Assembly (NCBI RefSeq): GCF_018977255.1
Contig: NW_024705531.1
Span: 1-36,301 of the forward strand
Source of the DNA: Callorhinchus milii
Taxonomy: Eukaryota
DNA: 36,301 nucleotides
Reading direction: 5' to 3'
Made by a program: the position numbers and the translations under genes. The notes below the pieces were generated by a model that did not search any database, was not told where the DNA came from, and saw only the letters and a list, made by a program, of their open reading frames with translations. Shown here piece after piece: positions 22,501 through 32,501 of this stretch; the first letter of the stretch is position 1; every line of letters begins with the position of its first letter.

Positions 22501-22774
22501 GAGACCAAACCTCCTCCAGCAGCGATGTTATAGTCCAAACCTCCTCCAGCAGCGATGTTATAGTCCAAACCTCCTCCAGCAGCGATGTTATAGTCCAAAC
22601 CTCCTCCAGCAGCGATGTTATAGACCAAACCTCCTCCAGCAGCGATGTTATAGTCCAAACCTCCTCCAGCAGCGATGTTATAGTCCAAACCTCCTCCAGC
22701 AGCGATGTTATAGTCCAAACCTCCTCCAGCAGCGATGTTATAGTCCAAACCTCCTCCAGCAGCGATGTTATAGT
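22501..22774. repeat. Minisatellite, 9 x 30 bp
   Basis: Unit TAGTCCAAACCTCCTCCAGCAGCGATGTTA in nine head-to-tail copies with no spacers. Units 1 and 5 carry small variants. Confidence 0.97.
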
Positions 22775-23224
22775 AACGACATTTACAGACGGGAAACTTT
22801 CCATTTGCTGCAACTGTAAACCCACTGAATTAACGGTACAAAGTGACACCTGGTTCTCTGCTTAACATTCCCATGATGACAGACACCCAAAGCCTCAATG
22901 TGGGCAATCCGATGCAGCAAACAGGTATTAAACTGGACAAAGAAATCTCAAGGAAATGGTGAACTTATCAGAAATCATATCAATCTTGTCACAGAAATAG
23001 CTACACCGATACTGCCTGCGCTAAAATCTGGCTCAGCTACTGGAGCTCTCCACTCTGACCGATTCCTCTGCTCTTTCTACTATTGATGTAACATTAATCC
23101 TTACCTTCATATAAAGCCTTTCAAAACACATTCGGAAGGCTCTCAAGGCCTTGGACAGGCTGACGTCCTGCAGAATAGTTAGCAGAATAATTCCTGAGCA
23201 GAGGGACTTCATTTATATCGAAGG

Positions 23225-23570
23225 GACGAATGTCTGACAATGTTCTCCTCAGAATTTCGAAGTTTGACACGAGATTTAATTGAAGTTTTCACATTTGTGA
23301 ACGGTTTTGAAAGAGCAGCAACGATAAAATGTTACCACTCGCCAGTGGTTCGTTAATTAGAGAACCTATTTGTAAGATTAAACAACACGATGGTAGATAA
23401 TGAGGATTTATTTGCACTCTGTGAAAGGGAGCTGGAAGCAGATTCGATAATAAATTTCAGAAGGGGAATAAAGTACAAGGTAATGTGAAAAGCTCGTGGG
23501 TGTGGAATTGGTGGGACAGCTCTTCAGAAAGCTGGCTCAAACAAAATGGGTCGAATTGCCTCCTTCTGTG
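23225..23570 (+). mobile_element. CR1-type LINE 3' fragment, paralogous to 9950-10330
   Basis: Same position relative to the supporting V and recognisably the same sequence (AATGTTCTCC...GAGATTTAATT...TTTTCACATTTGTGAA). Confidence 0.7.
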
Positions 23571-23624
23571 GTTAACATTCCATAATTCCATGATGATATG
23601 TGACTTTTAATGTGCCTTCTGTAG

Positions 23625-23926
23625 GATCGAGGTTTTCAGTTTCCCAGTCACCGCCTGAGCAAACTGCTTTTGCTGGTGAGAGGATAAATTTGCATTGCCA
23701 ATATTCAGGAATTTGCAGACAGGATTTCAGCGTCTCCTGGTACCGGCAGTACCCTGGCGAGGAACTGAAATACCTGCTCCACACAAAATCCTCAGGAGAC
23801 GGAGGAAATCCAATCAGAAATCATATTTTTGCTTATCTTGACACTGCGAAGAAAATAAGCGTTTTAACCATCACCGGCCTGCGGCTGACAGACTCCGCTA
23901 TGTATCATTGTGCACGCAGTCTGCAC
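23625..23926 (+). CDS. Leaderless supporting TCR-delta V of NAR-TCR cassette 2, open
   Basis: Acceptor CTGTAG ends at 23624 and is phase-compatible with J2. Reads RSRFSVSQSPPEQTAFAGERINLHCQYSGICRQDFSVSWYRQYPGEELKYLL...LDTAKKISVLTITGLRLTDSAMYHCARSLH, with an extra Cys in CDR1. Confidence 0.9.
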
Positions 23927-23965
23927 CACAGTGATACACATCATAGGAAACCTCGTACAATAACC
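23927..23965 (+). other. 23-RSS of supporting V2
   Basis: CACAGTG, 23 nt, ACAATAACC. Confidence 0.93.
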
Positions 23966-24200
23966 CTCATCACAGCCAACGCTGGAAACAATACAGTACA
24001 GTTAGTGAGAGACAGTGTAACAGACCCTCTCACAACTTCCACCGTATCTTACAAAATATTGGTAATTTACTTACTGTATATTTGGATTGTTCTTCACTTT
24101 TAGACAGCAAATTGTGATAAATATTTGTTAAAAGTTATTATTAACCATAACAAAAACGTTATAAAAAATGAATAATCCTTGTATTTGATTTCGTGACTTA

Positions 24201-24806
24201 TCACGTATTTAGACACTCTCCTGTGTGTGATCGCTGGTATCTCTTGAGTCTCCATGATAACCTGAAACTCTTTCCACATTCTGCACATGTATATGGTTTC
24301 TCTCCTTTCTGTGATTGTTGGTGTCTCTGGACTTCTCTTGAAGTTGTCAAATTCTTTCCACACTCAGCACATTTATATGGTCTCCCTCCTGAGTGTGATC
24401 GATGGTGTATCTGCAGACTGCCTGACCATGTGAAACTGCCCACATTCCACACAATTACACAGATGCTTTCCTCGGTGTGATCGCTGGTGTCTCTTGAGGT
24501 GTTCGGAATGTATGAAAGTCTCACCACATCAGGAACTTTTATACAGTCTGTCTTCTGAGACCGATTGCTTGTGACCCTGTAGAGATCCTATTTGCGAGAC
24601 TCGGTTTTCTTCAACATGAAATTCGATAGTTTCCTGACACTCGCTCTGCTGCAAAGCATCATTTGCGTTACAAGTACTCTGCGTTGTTGATGTCCCTTTA
24701 TGGAACTCGGGAAGTCTTCTGCTGTGTTTCTGGAGGAACTCGACACGAGTCAACACAACGCGAGCATGAGGCCAGGAATGAGCCTCAGAATTATCAACTT
24801 TGGGTG
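24201..24806 (-). pseudogene. Decayed C2H2 zinc-finger gene, last exon (about four fingers)
   Basis: Minus strand reads ...LYKSS*CGETFIHSEHLKRHQRSH..., then a frameshift, then ...LQIHHRSHSGGRPYKCAECGKNL...GEKPYTCAECGKSFRLSWRLKRYQRSHTGE. TGEKPY-type linkers are present, with a stop and lost Zn ligands. A polypyrimidine-AG acceptor sits at 24807-24825. Confidence 0.82.
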
Positions 24807-25119
24807 CTGATGGGAGAAAAGAAAGATCTGAGTAAGCAGTGTATGAGCTTTCTTTACGAATTACTATTGAGCAAATTGCGATTGATTCCTTGCACTTGTA
24901 CAGCACCTGATAATCTCAAAGTTTTACATTATTTGCTGCCAACTGTAAGGTCAATAGCAGCTTGCATTTGTATACCGCCCTTCATGCTGATCACTTTTTG
25001 ACAACGTCAGTTTCTGACGGCAGCAACTACCCACAAACAGCCGTGAGGCGACTGCATGAGCAGTGCAGTTGAAGACTGGCTGGGACACAGGGAGAAACTT
25101 ATATTAATGCGGAAAAAGT

Positions 25120-25400
25120 TTTCCATTGGAGGAGGTGCTGTGCTTCAGATGAAATGTTGTAATGAGATTCCCAGCCATGTCTGTTCAGGTGGACAGTAAA
25201 GATCCCATGACATGATTCCAAAAGAGAAGCGAGTTTCTCTCAGTCCCACCACAGTTTCCCGGCAGACAATATCCCAGACAAAATTTATCAGTTACTACAT
25301 GTTTGGGACACATTGCTGTTCATCTTGGTACGTCCACCCGATGTGAAAGATGTCATGCAAATGTATTTTTTATGTTTTTTTTGTAGTCAATACACTTGGC
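25120..25400 (+). mobile_element. Deu-domain-like SINE remnant
   Basis: GGAGGTGCTGTGCTTCAGATGAAATGTTG...CAGGTGGACAGTAAAGATCCCATG...GAGAAGCGAGTTTCTC resembles my recollection of the DeuSINE central domain. A related - strand piece is at ~30650-30760. Confidence 0.55.
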
Positions 25401-26399
25401 AGTGAGACGCTCTGATAAGATCTGCGACGTCCTGATGACGTGATAAGGTGATATCCATTACTCCCATAGGATCTTTACTATCTGTCTGGAAAGGCGCAGA
25501 GTGTCTTTAGCTTAAAAGTTCGGGGTCTATGACAATGTATCGCGGTGGCGTCACTGCGGGTAGTGGGCTGTGGCGGGTCTTGGCTTGTAGTGGGGAGGGG
25601 AGCGAGGGTGCTCTTCGGTGGCAGCTACTTAATGTCTCCGACCTGAACCAAACAATGCGTGATGTTACATCCCGGCCGCGTATTTCAAACCCACCGACTA
25701 AATCTTTATTGAGCATTTTCCACAACCTCCTTCCTTTCCCTTCTCAACTCTCTCCTTCCCCTTTGAATCTCTCTCACTCCCTCAACCCCTCCAAAATGCG
25801 GCCATCATTGTCTTTCCAACTAAGAGACGTGTTCCCAATACCAAATTGACCCCCTGCGCTGCTCTCCTCAGTCCCCATAGTCCTCCCATTCCCCACAGCA
25901 GTGGACAGGCTGACCATCCCCGCTGACAGCGTTTGATTGCCGTTGTTGACTTGGGCCGCCATCCCCCACTACTATCCCCTGAGCTCCATTTAAAGCAGGG
26001 AACCGGGAGAGACGGCACCTCTGACAACGTGTCGCTGCCCCCCACCCCCTCCCCCAGCTCTGTGCTGCAGTGTCAACCCAGACTATCAGATCATTGTACG
26101 CGATGTGGGGCTCAAACCCACAACCTTCTAACTCGGAGCCTAGAGGGCAACCAACTGAGCCCGGCTGACATCTGCCCGATTCTGCACCGGAGCATTTGAT
26201 GCGGAGAAACTCAGGTTGATTTTTCACTTACACAGGTATTCATCGTCACTAAGATCCCTTTCCTCAGTGTGAACTCTTCTCTCCCTCTTTCTCAAACCGT
26301 ATCTGCTGCTCCCGGCCTCTTCTCCACTCACTTCGTTGCCTTTGGAGTTCAAACCCTTTGCCATATGATCTCCTGTGAATCAAAATTTTAAATAAAGAA

Positions 26400-26720
26400 T
26401 AGCATTACATTTGTGAAGCGCCTTTCAAGCCAGGCGACGTCCCAATGCGCTGAACAGTCGGGGATCAGGTCCTGGGGTTTGGGTTGTGTGTGGCACAGGG
26501 CTGGGACCGGAGAGGGTTGGAGGGGGACCTGAAGGCACAGTCGAACAGGAAGTTCTTGAGTCATGCCTTGAAGGAGGCCGAGAGGTAGTGAGGTGAAGGG
26601 ATTGTGGAATGGAATTCCAAAGGGATGATTTGAGAATCATAGTGAACAGAGACCTGAGATCTCTCACAGCCTTAGTCTGAGAGACTGTGGAGCTGTGTAG
26701 ACAGGAAATAATATTGTCCC
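26400..26720 (-). mobile_element. L2-type LINE 3' end
   Basis: Minus strand reads LWNSIPQSLHLTTS, like the L2 ORF2 C-terminal LWNSLP motif. It is followed by a tail similar to the SINE tail (AGCGCATTGGGACGTC). Confidence 0.6.
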
Positions 26721-26837
26721 ATAGCATAGCAGTTAGCGCGCTGGCCTCGCAAACAGGTCTGGGTAACATTCCCGTTTATTTACAAGTCTATTTACCCCAC
26801 AGGCTTCCGAAAACGGTAGGAAGTAAGTAGGAAGGCG

Positions 26838-27055
26838 GTTATAATAATAATAATAGTAATAATACTTGCATTTGATATAGCACTTTGCAATTCTTCTCAA
26901 CATCTCCAATCGCTTCACTAAATAGACTGTAAAGTGAATTGACTGTATATTTGTGGGCGAAACGCGACAGCCAATTGCGCACAGCAGTGTCCCACAAACA
27001 GTCCTAGATTTAAAATGACCAATTTATTATTGCATTATTTTGGAGGGATTATTTG
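26838..27055 (-). mobile_element. SINE 3' half with (AAT)n tail
   Basis: Close match to the reverse complement of 28530-28744. Confidence 0.8.
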
Positions 27056-28411
27056 TTTACCACACACATAAAAAAATTCCAAGCTTTTCTTTGCTATTTG
27101 AGACACTTTAAACAGAAGATTTTTCGGCACTAATTATGAAATCTTCAGAAAAAATTACAGAAAGAACTTCACTGATTGAATTAGTTTTTAAAATCAGATG
27201 TTTTCAATAGTCAAAGACAATATTTAGATATAATGATACCAGTGCACGTTCAATGTGTTAATAAAGACATTAATTGCATATTTATATTTTATTAACTCTA
27301 TAATTCAACATGTAGAAATCAAAGCTTCAAGGGGTTTGGTATCGATCCAACCGAGACAAGAAAAATGAAAAGTTTCCGTACCCTCTACCAAGATTGAGAC
27401 TGCATTTCTTCTCTGGTGCATTGATGTCACTTAACTTTTGACAAGCGATATGTGGCACGTGATTGATGTATCCTCTGTACTAAATGCTGATCTGAGACAA
27501 CTATTGCAACCCTTCATTAAATGAATTTACAAAGTAAGCCTTATGGTTAGGGCAAAAGAAGATTGATTTCCAACTTTTCATAGTTTTAATGTGATTTTTT
27601 TCGCAGGCTTGGGATTTTGCTCCAAGTTTAGGTAACCGTGTGCCTTAGCAGATTGTAAAGCAACACAACTCTGTTGTGTTGGCCATTTCAGATATTTTAA
27701 GCAGTGGGATTCCTAAATATTATTGGGTATAAGCATTTGTTTCTCCAAAACCTTAAGTACTCGATTTGCATCTCAACAACTCAGCAGTCAACCAACGGCC
27801 CAGAATACAAACCATCTACGTGATACATACTTAACGTTAGGAGAGAAGTATTAAACTCGGGCAAAAGTTTAAAAATCTGTTTTGTTCCACTTTGCAAGTT
27901 TTAGGCGTGTAAGTGTTGCCTAAACTTGATAGCTTTTTCAATTTTGAGAAAGCTATCAAAAGTTGAAGACATCTAAAAATGGCCATACTGGAAACAGTGT
28001 AGATGTTCTAGTGGGAATTAACATTTTATTGTGTGAGACAGTAATTACTTGGACAAATCTGTCCAGAGAAAAGTTAAAGTAGTTTCATTAGGATCGCAAA
28101 TTAAACAAGTAGTTAATTTTAAAAAGGCNTTTTTTCTAATTAGTTAAAGGACTGACAATACTGAGTCAATGTATAATAGAAACAGGGGAGCAAGTCAACC
28201 TGGAATCAAACTGAAAACTACAACTTGCACTTATATAGTGCCCGCCACGCAGGATAGCGTCTCAGAGCCCTTAAAAAAACTACCTGCACAGTGCATCTTC
28301 GGCAAAACCTGAACGTTTTACTGTAATTTAATATATCAGTCCAGCAAACAACATTTCAGGTCTCAGATAATGATAATTTGATAAATTAAGTTGACGAGGG
28401 ATCATCCACGT

Positions 28412-28744
28412 GGAGTCCTGTAGCTCAGTGGTTAGAGCACTCGCTTTGCAAGTGAGAGACCTGAGTTCAATTCCAGGCAGAGGGCGAAACCTTGGGCAAG
28501 TTTCCTTACTCCACACAGAGCCTAATAATAATCCCTCCAAAAAAAAAAAACAATAATTAAATTGGTCCTTTTCAATCTACGACTGTTTGTGGGACATTGC
28601 TGTGCGCAATTGGCTGCCGCGTTCGCCCACAAATATACAGTCAAATTCACTTTACAGTGTGTTCTGTGAAGCGCTTTGGGACGTCCTCCCGACGTGAAAA
28701 GCGCTATATCAAATGCAAGGATTATTATTATTATTATTATTATT
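28412..28744 (+). mobile_element. Full-length tRNA-derived SINE with L2-like tail (dominant repeat of the window)
   Basis: Pol III A box (TAGCTCAGTGG) and B box (GAGTTCAATTCC), conserved body GGGACATTGCTGTGCGCAATTGGCTGCC, and tail GTGAAGCGCTTTGGGACGTCC...GCGCTATATCAAATGCAAG ending in (TTA)n. Many older copies are scattered through the window. Confidence 0.88.
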
Positions 28745-28894
28745 TATCCAAAAACGTTAACAAGGTTGTTGCAAATTTGATTTTGTTACATTTGAGAAAT
28801 ACTGTAATATGTCCTCGACAGTGAAGTTCATTGCTATACCAGAGCCAGGATAACGCCGTGCTATCATATCTGCAAACTCCTTGTACTCCTTGCA

Positions 28895-29511
28895 TTACCT
28901 ATCCAAAGGTAATAACACCCTCTCCACCCCGACCCAAAAAAGCACCGAACCCACATCCAGTTATGGCTCACTGTTTTGCGTAATTTGGCTGCCGAGTTTC
29001 ACCCACAGAATACCAAATGCACTTTACAATATATTCTGTGCAGCGTTTTGAGATATCTCAATGTTGTGATGAAGCACATTAGCAAATTGAAGGATTATAA
29101 TATTATTATTAATATATTATTATTATTATTATTAATATATTAAGCACAACAGTGCAGAACAACACAACAGTCCGGGTTCCATTCCCAGACGGGGATAAAC
29201 CTGAGACAAATGTATTTATCCCAACGGCCTCCGATAACGTAAGTTATAAGTAGGAAGCCGGTTATTACCGATCCAGAGGTACTACTTCCCTCTCCCCCCT
29301 AAAAAAGCACCTAATCCACATCCAGTTATGGCTCACTGTTTTTGCACAATTTGGCTGCCTTGGTTCACCCACAAAACACCAAATGCACTTTACAATACAT
29401 TCTCTGCAGCGTTTTTAGATGTATCATTGCTGTAATGAGGCACATTAGCAAATTTAAGGATTATAATAAAATATCATTGTATATTATTGAAATATTAAAC
29501 ACAACAGTGCA
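28895..29511 (+). repeat. Diverged tandem duplication of a ~260-bp SINE-containing unit
   Basis: 28895-29158 and ~29265-29511 share CCACATCCAGTTATGGCTCACTGTTTT...CAAATGCACTTTACAATA...CACATTAGCAAATT...CACAACAGTGCAG. Confidence 0.85.
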
Positions 29512-29636
29512 GTAAAATCCAACTTCATTTCACAAGTCAATAGCCAGTAGATCAACGTACACGTAGTATTTAAACAACATCTAATCCAAATAAAGTAGTG
29601 ACGATGGTACAGTGAAATTGAGAGGCGATTACTTAC

Positions 29637-29790
29637 CTCTCCCACAGGTAGTCCCACACTCCATGTTGCTCTTTTCGGTTTTCTCAGACATTCTCCCCTG
29701 CCTTGTGTTGGCAGCTCATATTTATATCAGATTAGTTTCTTTGTGTGAAGTGCAGCCAATAATATACCCTTCACGTTTGAAGGTTATTGG
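29637..29790 (-). promoter_or_regulatory. Candidate Pol II promoter and first exon, possibly of the zinc-finger gene
   Basis: Two CCAAT boxes (29756-29760 and 29786-29790), TATAAAT on the - strand (29726-29720), an ATG at 29664 and a GTAAGT donor after 29637 in phase 1. Confidence 0.42.
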
Positions 29791-29990
29791 CTGTTAGTAC
29801 AGCAGTTGGTTTACTGGCCGTTTTCAAACCCAATGTCCTCTCAATGTGATTGAGCCAAATTCACAGCTTTTGTCCACTTCTCGGTATTTCAATAGGGTGA
29901 CAGTTGGTTACTGCGATGGTGTGTGTGGAAGGGGACGGGAGAGAAAGGCAGGGAAATGGAATAAAATATCCGAAACATTAGCAGTCTGGG

Positions 29991-30293
29991 TAATAATAAT
30001 AATAATAAGCATTGCATTTGAAATAGCGCTTTTCACGTCTTCGGGATGTGAAAATATATTCAACGAATATCTGTGGGCGAAAAGCGGCGGCCAAGTGCGC
30101 ACAGCAGTGTCACACAAGCAGTCCTGTATTGAGAATGACCAATTTATTATTGTTTTGTTTTGGAGGGATTATTATTAGACGTGTGGAGTAGGGAAACTTC
30201 CGCAAGTTTTGCCCTGACTGGAATTGATCCGCGGTGTCTCGCTTTCAAGGTGAGTGCACCAACCACTGAGCTACAGGAATCCAATATCTGAAG
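29991..30293 (-). mobile_element. Full-length SINE of the same family
   Basis: Reverse complement of 28412-28744, from the (AAT)n tail to the head (CCACTGAGCTACAGGAATCC). Confidence 0.85.
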
Positions 30294-30919
30294 GGTATCC
30301 TGTAACTGCGGTACCGAATGCCTGATATCCTTAAACCCTAATACCATTTTGCAAACCAGGGTTTATTTTTACACCCCGATTGCTCTGTTCAAGGAGCACA
30401 TTCAACAGATGGTCGTTCTGCATCCGAGAAGCGCAGGTTTGACCCTCACTCCGTGGGCATTACGTAAAAGGAATTCCCTGCGATCTTCCAGGTGGGCAAC
30501 ACGTCTCAGCACTAAATGTATCAGATGCCATTTGCATCTATTGGAGCTGCCCATCACAGGCTCTGAGCTGTTTAATTTCCCTCCACCCACCCTACCACCA
30601 CAAATAGATTTCCCCCTCCCCGCCGACGAGGGGATTAATCTGGGGGAATGCCAGTCAGGCCTCGGGAGCGAGAAACTCACTTCTCTTTTCCATTCGTGTC
30701 ACGAGATATTTCAATCCCTCACAGGTATGAGCTAAGATGTCCAGCCCAGGAGGAGAGGGGTCAGTTTGCTTTTGGCCAACTCCTGTTGTTCAATGTGGCG
30801 TTCAATCGTTACAATTTACATCAGATTAAACCGCACATTAAAGGTCCCTTTGTTTAATGTGCAGTTCGATAGATACGATTAGCACCTATTGAAATTGCGC
30901 ATTAAAAGTCCCTTTGTTT

Positions 30920-31195
30920 AGATGAGTCACCCTGACCGGACTAGTTGCATTCAAGGTTACTGAGGGGAGTAAGGATGGAAATAATGGAGCCACTGGCCAC
31001 AACCTTTCAATCCTCCTTGGACACCGTGGTGTTGCCAAAGGCCTGGAGCTTTCCAAAACATTCTCCCTGTAGAAAAAGTTGCATAAGGATAAACCCGGGA
31101 AATACAGGCCAGTCAGACTAACGTCAGTCTTGGGGAAACGTTTAGAGACTGTTACCGGGGACAAAATTAATTTCCACTCAAAAACGTGTCATTCT
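30920..31195 (+). mobile_element. CR1-type LINE reverse-transcriptase fragment
   Basis: Decayed translation EPLATTFQSSLDT...KDKPGKYRPVRLTSV.GK.LETV.GDKINFH resembles the start of the CR1 RT domain (NYRPVSLTSV.GK). Confidence 0.8.
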
Positions 31196-31197
31196 AG

Positions 31198-31563
31198 CTA
31201 ACGAAGGAGAAGCCACGGCTTGGAGAGGAACTTGGGTTTAAGATGTTTCAGCACTAATTCAGCAATGATATAGAATGTGTAAATGACCCTTTTCTTAAAC
31301 TCATCTCTAAACTTAGTCTGAGTCAATCCATAAATACAAGGGTTCATGTATTTGACAAACGTTTTGCTGTAATTAAAAATGGAAACTTGCCATTTCAAGG
31401 AATATATAACAAAAGTTGTCCACCGCAATATGAATCTTGCTGATATAGCTAAGAGTACAATTACGCATTTTGTTCGGTTTTCTAACTCGGAGTCAATTGT
31501 TTTCAGATGATTTCCCTGACCCCCGATGCCTCCTGCAAACCGTACTGGCCATCAGAATGTGTA
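31198..31563 (-). pseudogene. Truncated GPR139-like GPCR fragment (ICL3 to C-terminus)
   Basis: Aligns to 32590-32960 (HILMASTVCRR...LKWQVSIFNYSKTFV..NPCIYGLTQTKFRDE). It lacks TM1-5 and has a ~60-nt deletion removing most of TM7. Confidence 0.85.
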
Positions 31564-32501
31564 GTTTGTGAACTGTACTCCAGAGGATTGTATTAGATAT
31601 TAATGACGGTCGTCATATTTTTACGTGTATCTGCAGTGAACAGATCATCGAGTCAAAATACAATGTTCATCAATGTGCACTCAGATTTGTGTTTTAAATG
31701 TAATTAAATATAAACATCATAATACATTGCCAAACACGAACTGTGGGTGGAACTCTTGTAACTTGAACTTCTGCTTAATGGTCGCACCCAAAGCAAACTT
31801 CGAAATATATTTGTGCATGTGCCTATATCGATTCTTCCTCCCAGATAAACACGACACATTTTTAAAGAGCACATTTCAGAAACACTGAATAGCATTTCAT
31901 GAATGTCCCATGTTATGCTGTTTTAGATGTTCTCGTAGGCGTAAATGTCTGGAAAGTTTCCTTACTGCACTCTCCTGTTTACTTAGCAGTAAGTGGGAAC
32001 CTACGTCTGTAAATAAAATAATCTTTTAAAAAAAAAGAAATTTTCACTCAATCCACCAATGCGGGACATCAATGTGCGCAATTGGCTGCCGCACTGTGCT
32101 CACAAAATAAACAGTCAACCCACTTTACTGTACATAATGTGTAGGGCTTTGAGCCGTGTCTAACATGTTATCAGATGATATATCAAATGAAATGATTATT
32201 GTTATTTCCGTCAGAATTCCATCTATTTTATTACTTTCCCAGTTCGTAAACATATTTAAACATATTTTATCAACAAATTCCTATCCTTCCCAATAAACAT
32301 AGTTCAGTACATAGTTGGAGGAGAGCAATAAACATATTTTGTAACATTTCGCAATACATTAGTGAAGGAAAAACCCATTGACTCCAAAATCAAGCATTCT
32401 TTCACTAAGTTGAGAGACATTGATTTTTATTTGTTTCGGGACCAGGAGCTTAAACTTAAAAGGTATTTCCCGATTTTTACTGAAACAATGTATACCTGCT
32501 C

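Noticed and set aside
22501-22774. 30-bp direct repeats as a CRISPR array
   Set aside because: The repeats are head-to-tail with no unique spacers, there are no cas genes, and the DNA is vertebrate with spliceosomal introns.
22254-22865. 203-aa ORF with QTSSSSDVIV repeats, and overlapping ORFs in other frames
   Set aside because: These are by-products of microsatellites and a stop-free 30-bp unit in an intron. The paralogous intron has one unit and no such ORF.
27060-28330. AT-rich stretch as a hidden gene or V/J remnant
   Set aside because: I found no ORF with a recognisable motif, no RSS and no repeat structure that I could support by eye.
28412-28490. tRNA gene
   Set aside because: It has A and B boxes but continues into a conserved SINE body and (TTA)n tail, with many decayed copies. 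It is a SINE head.
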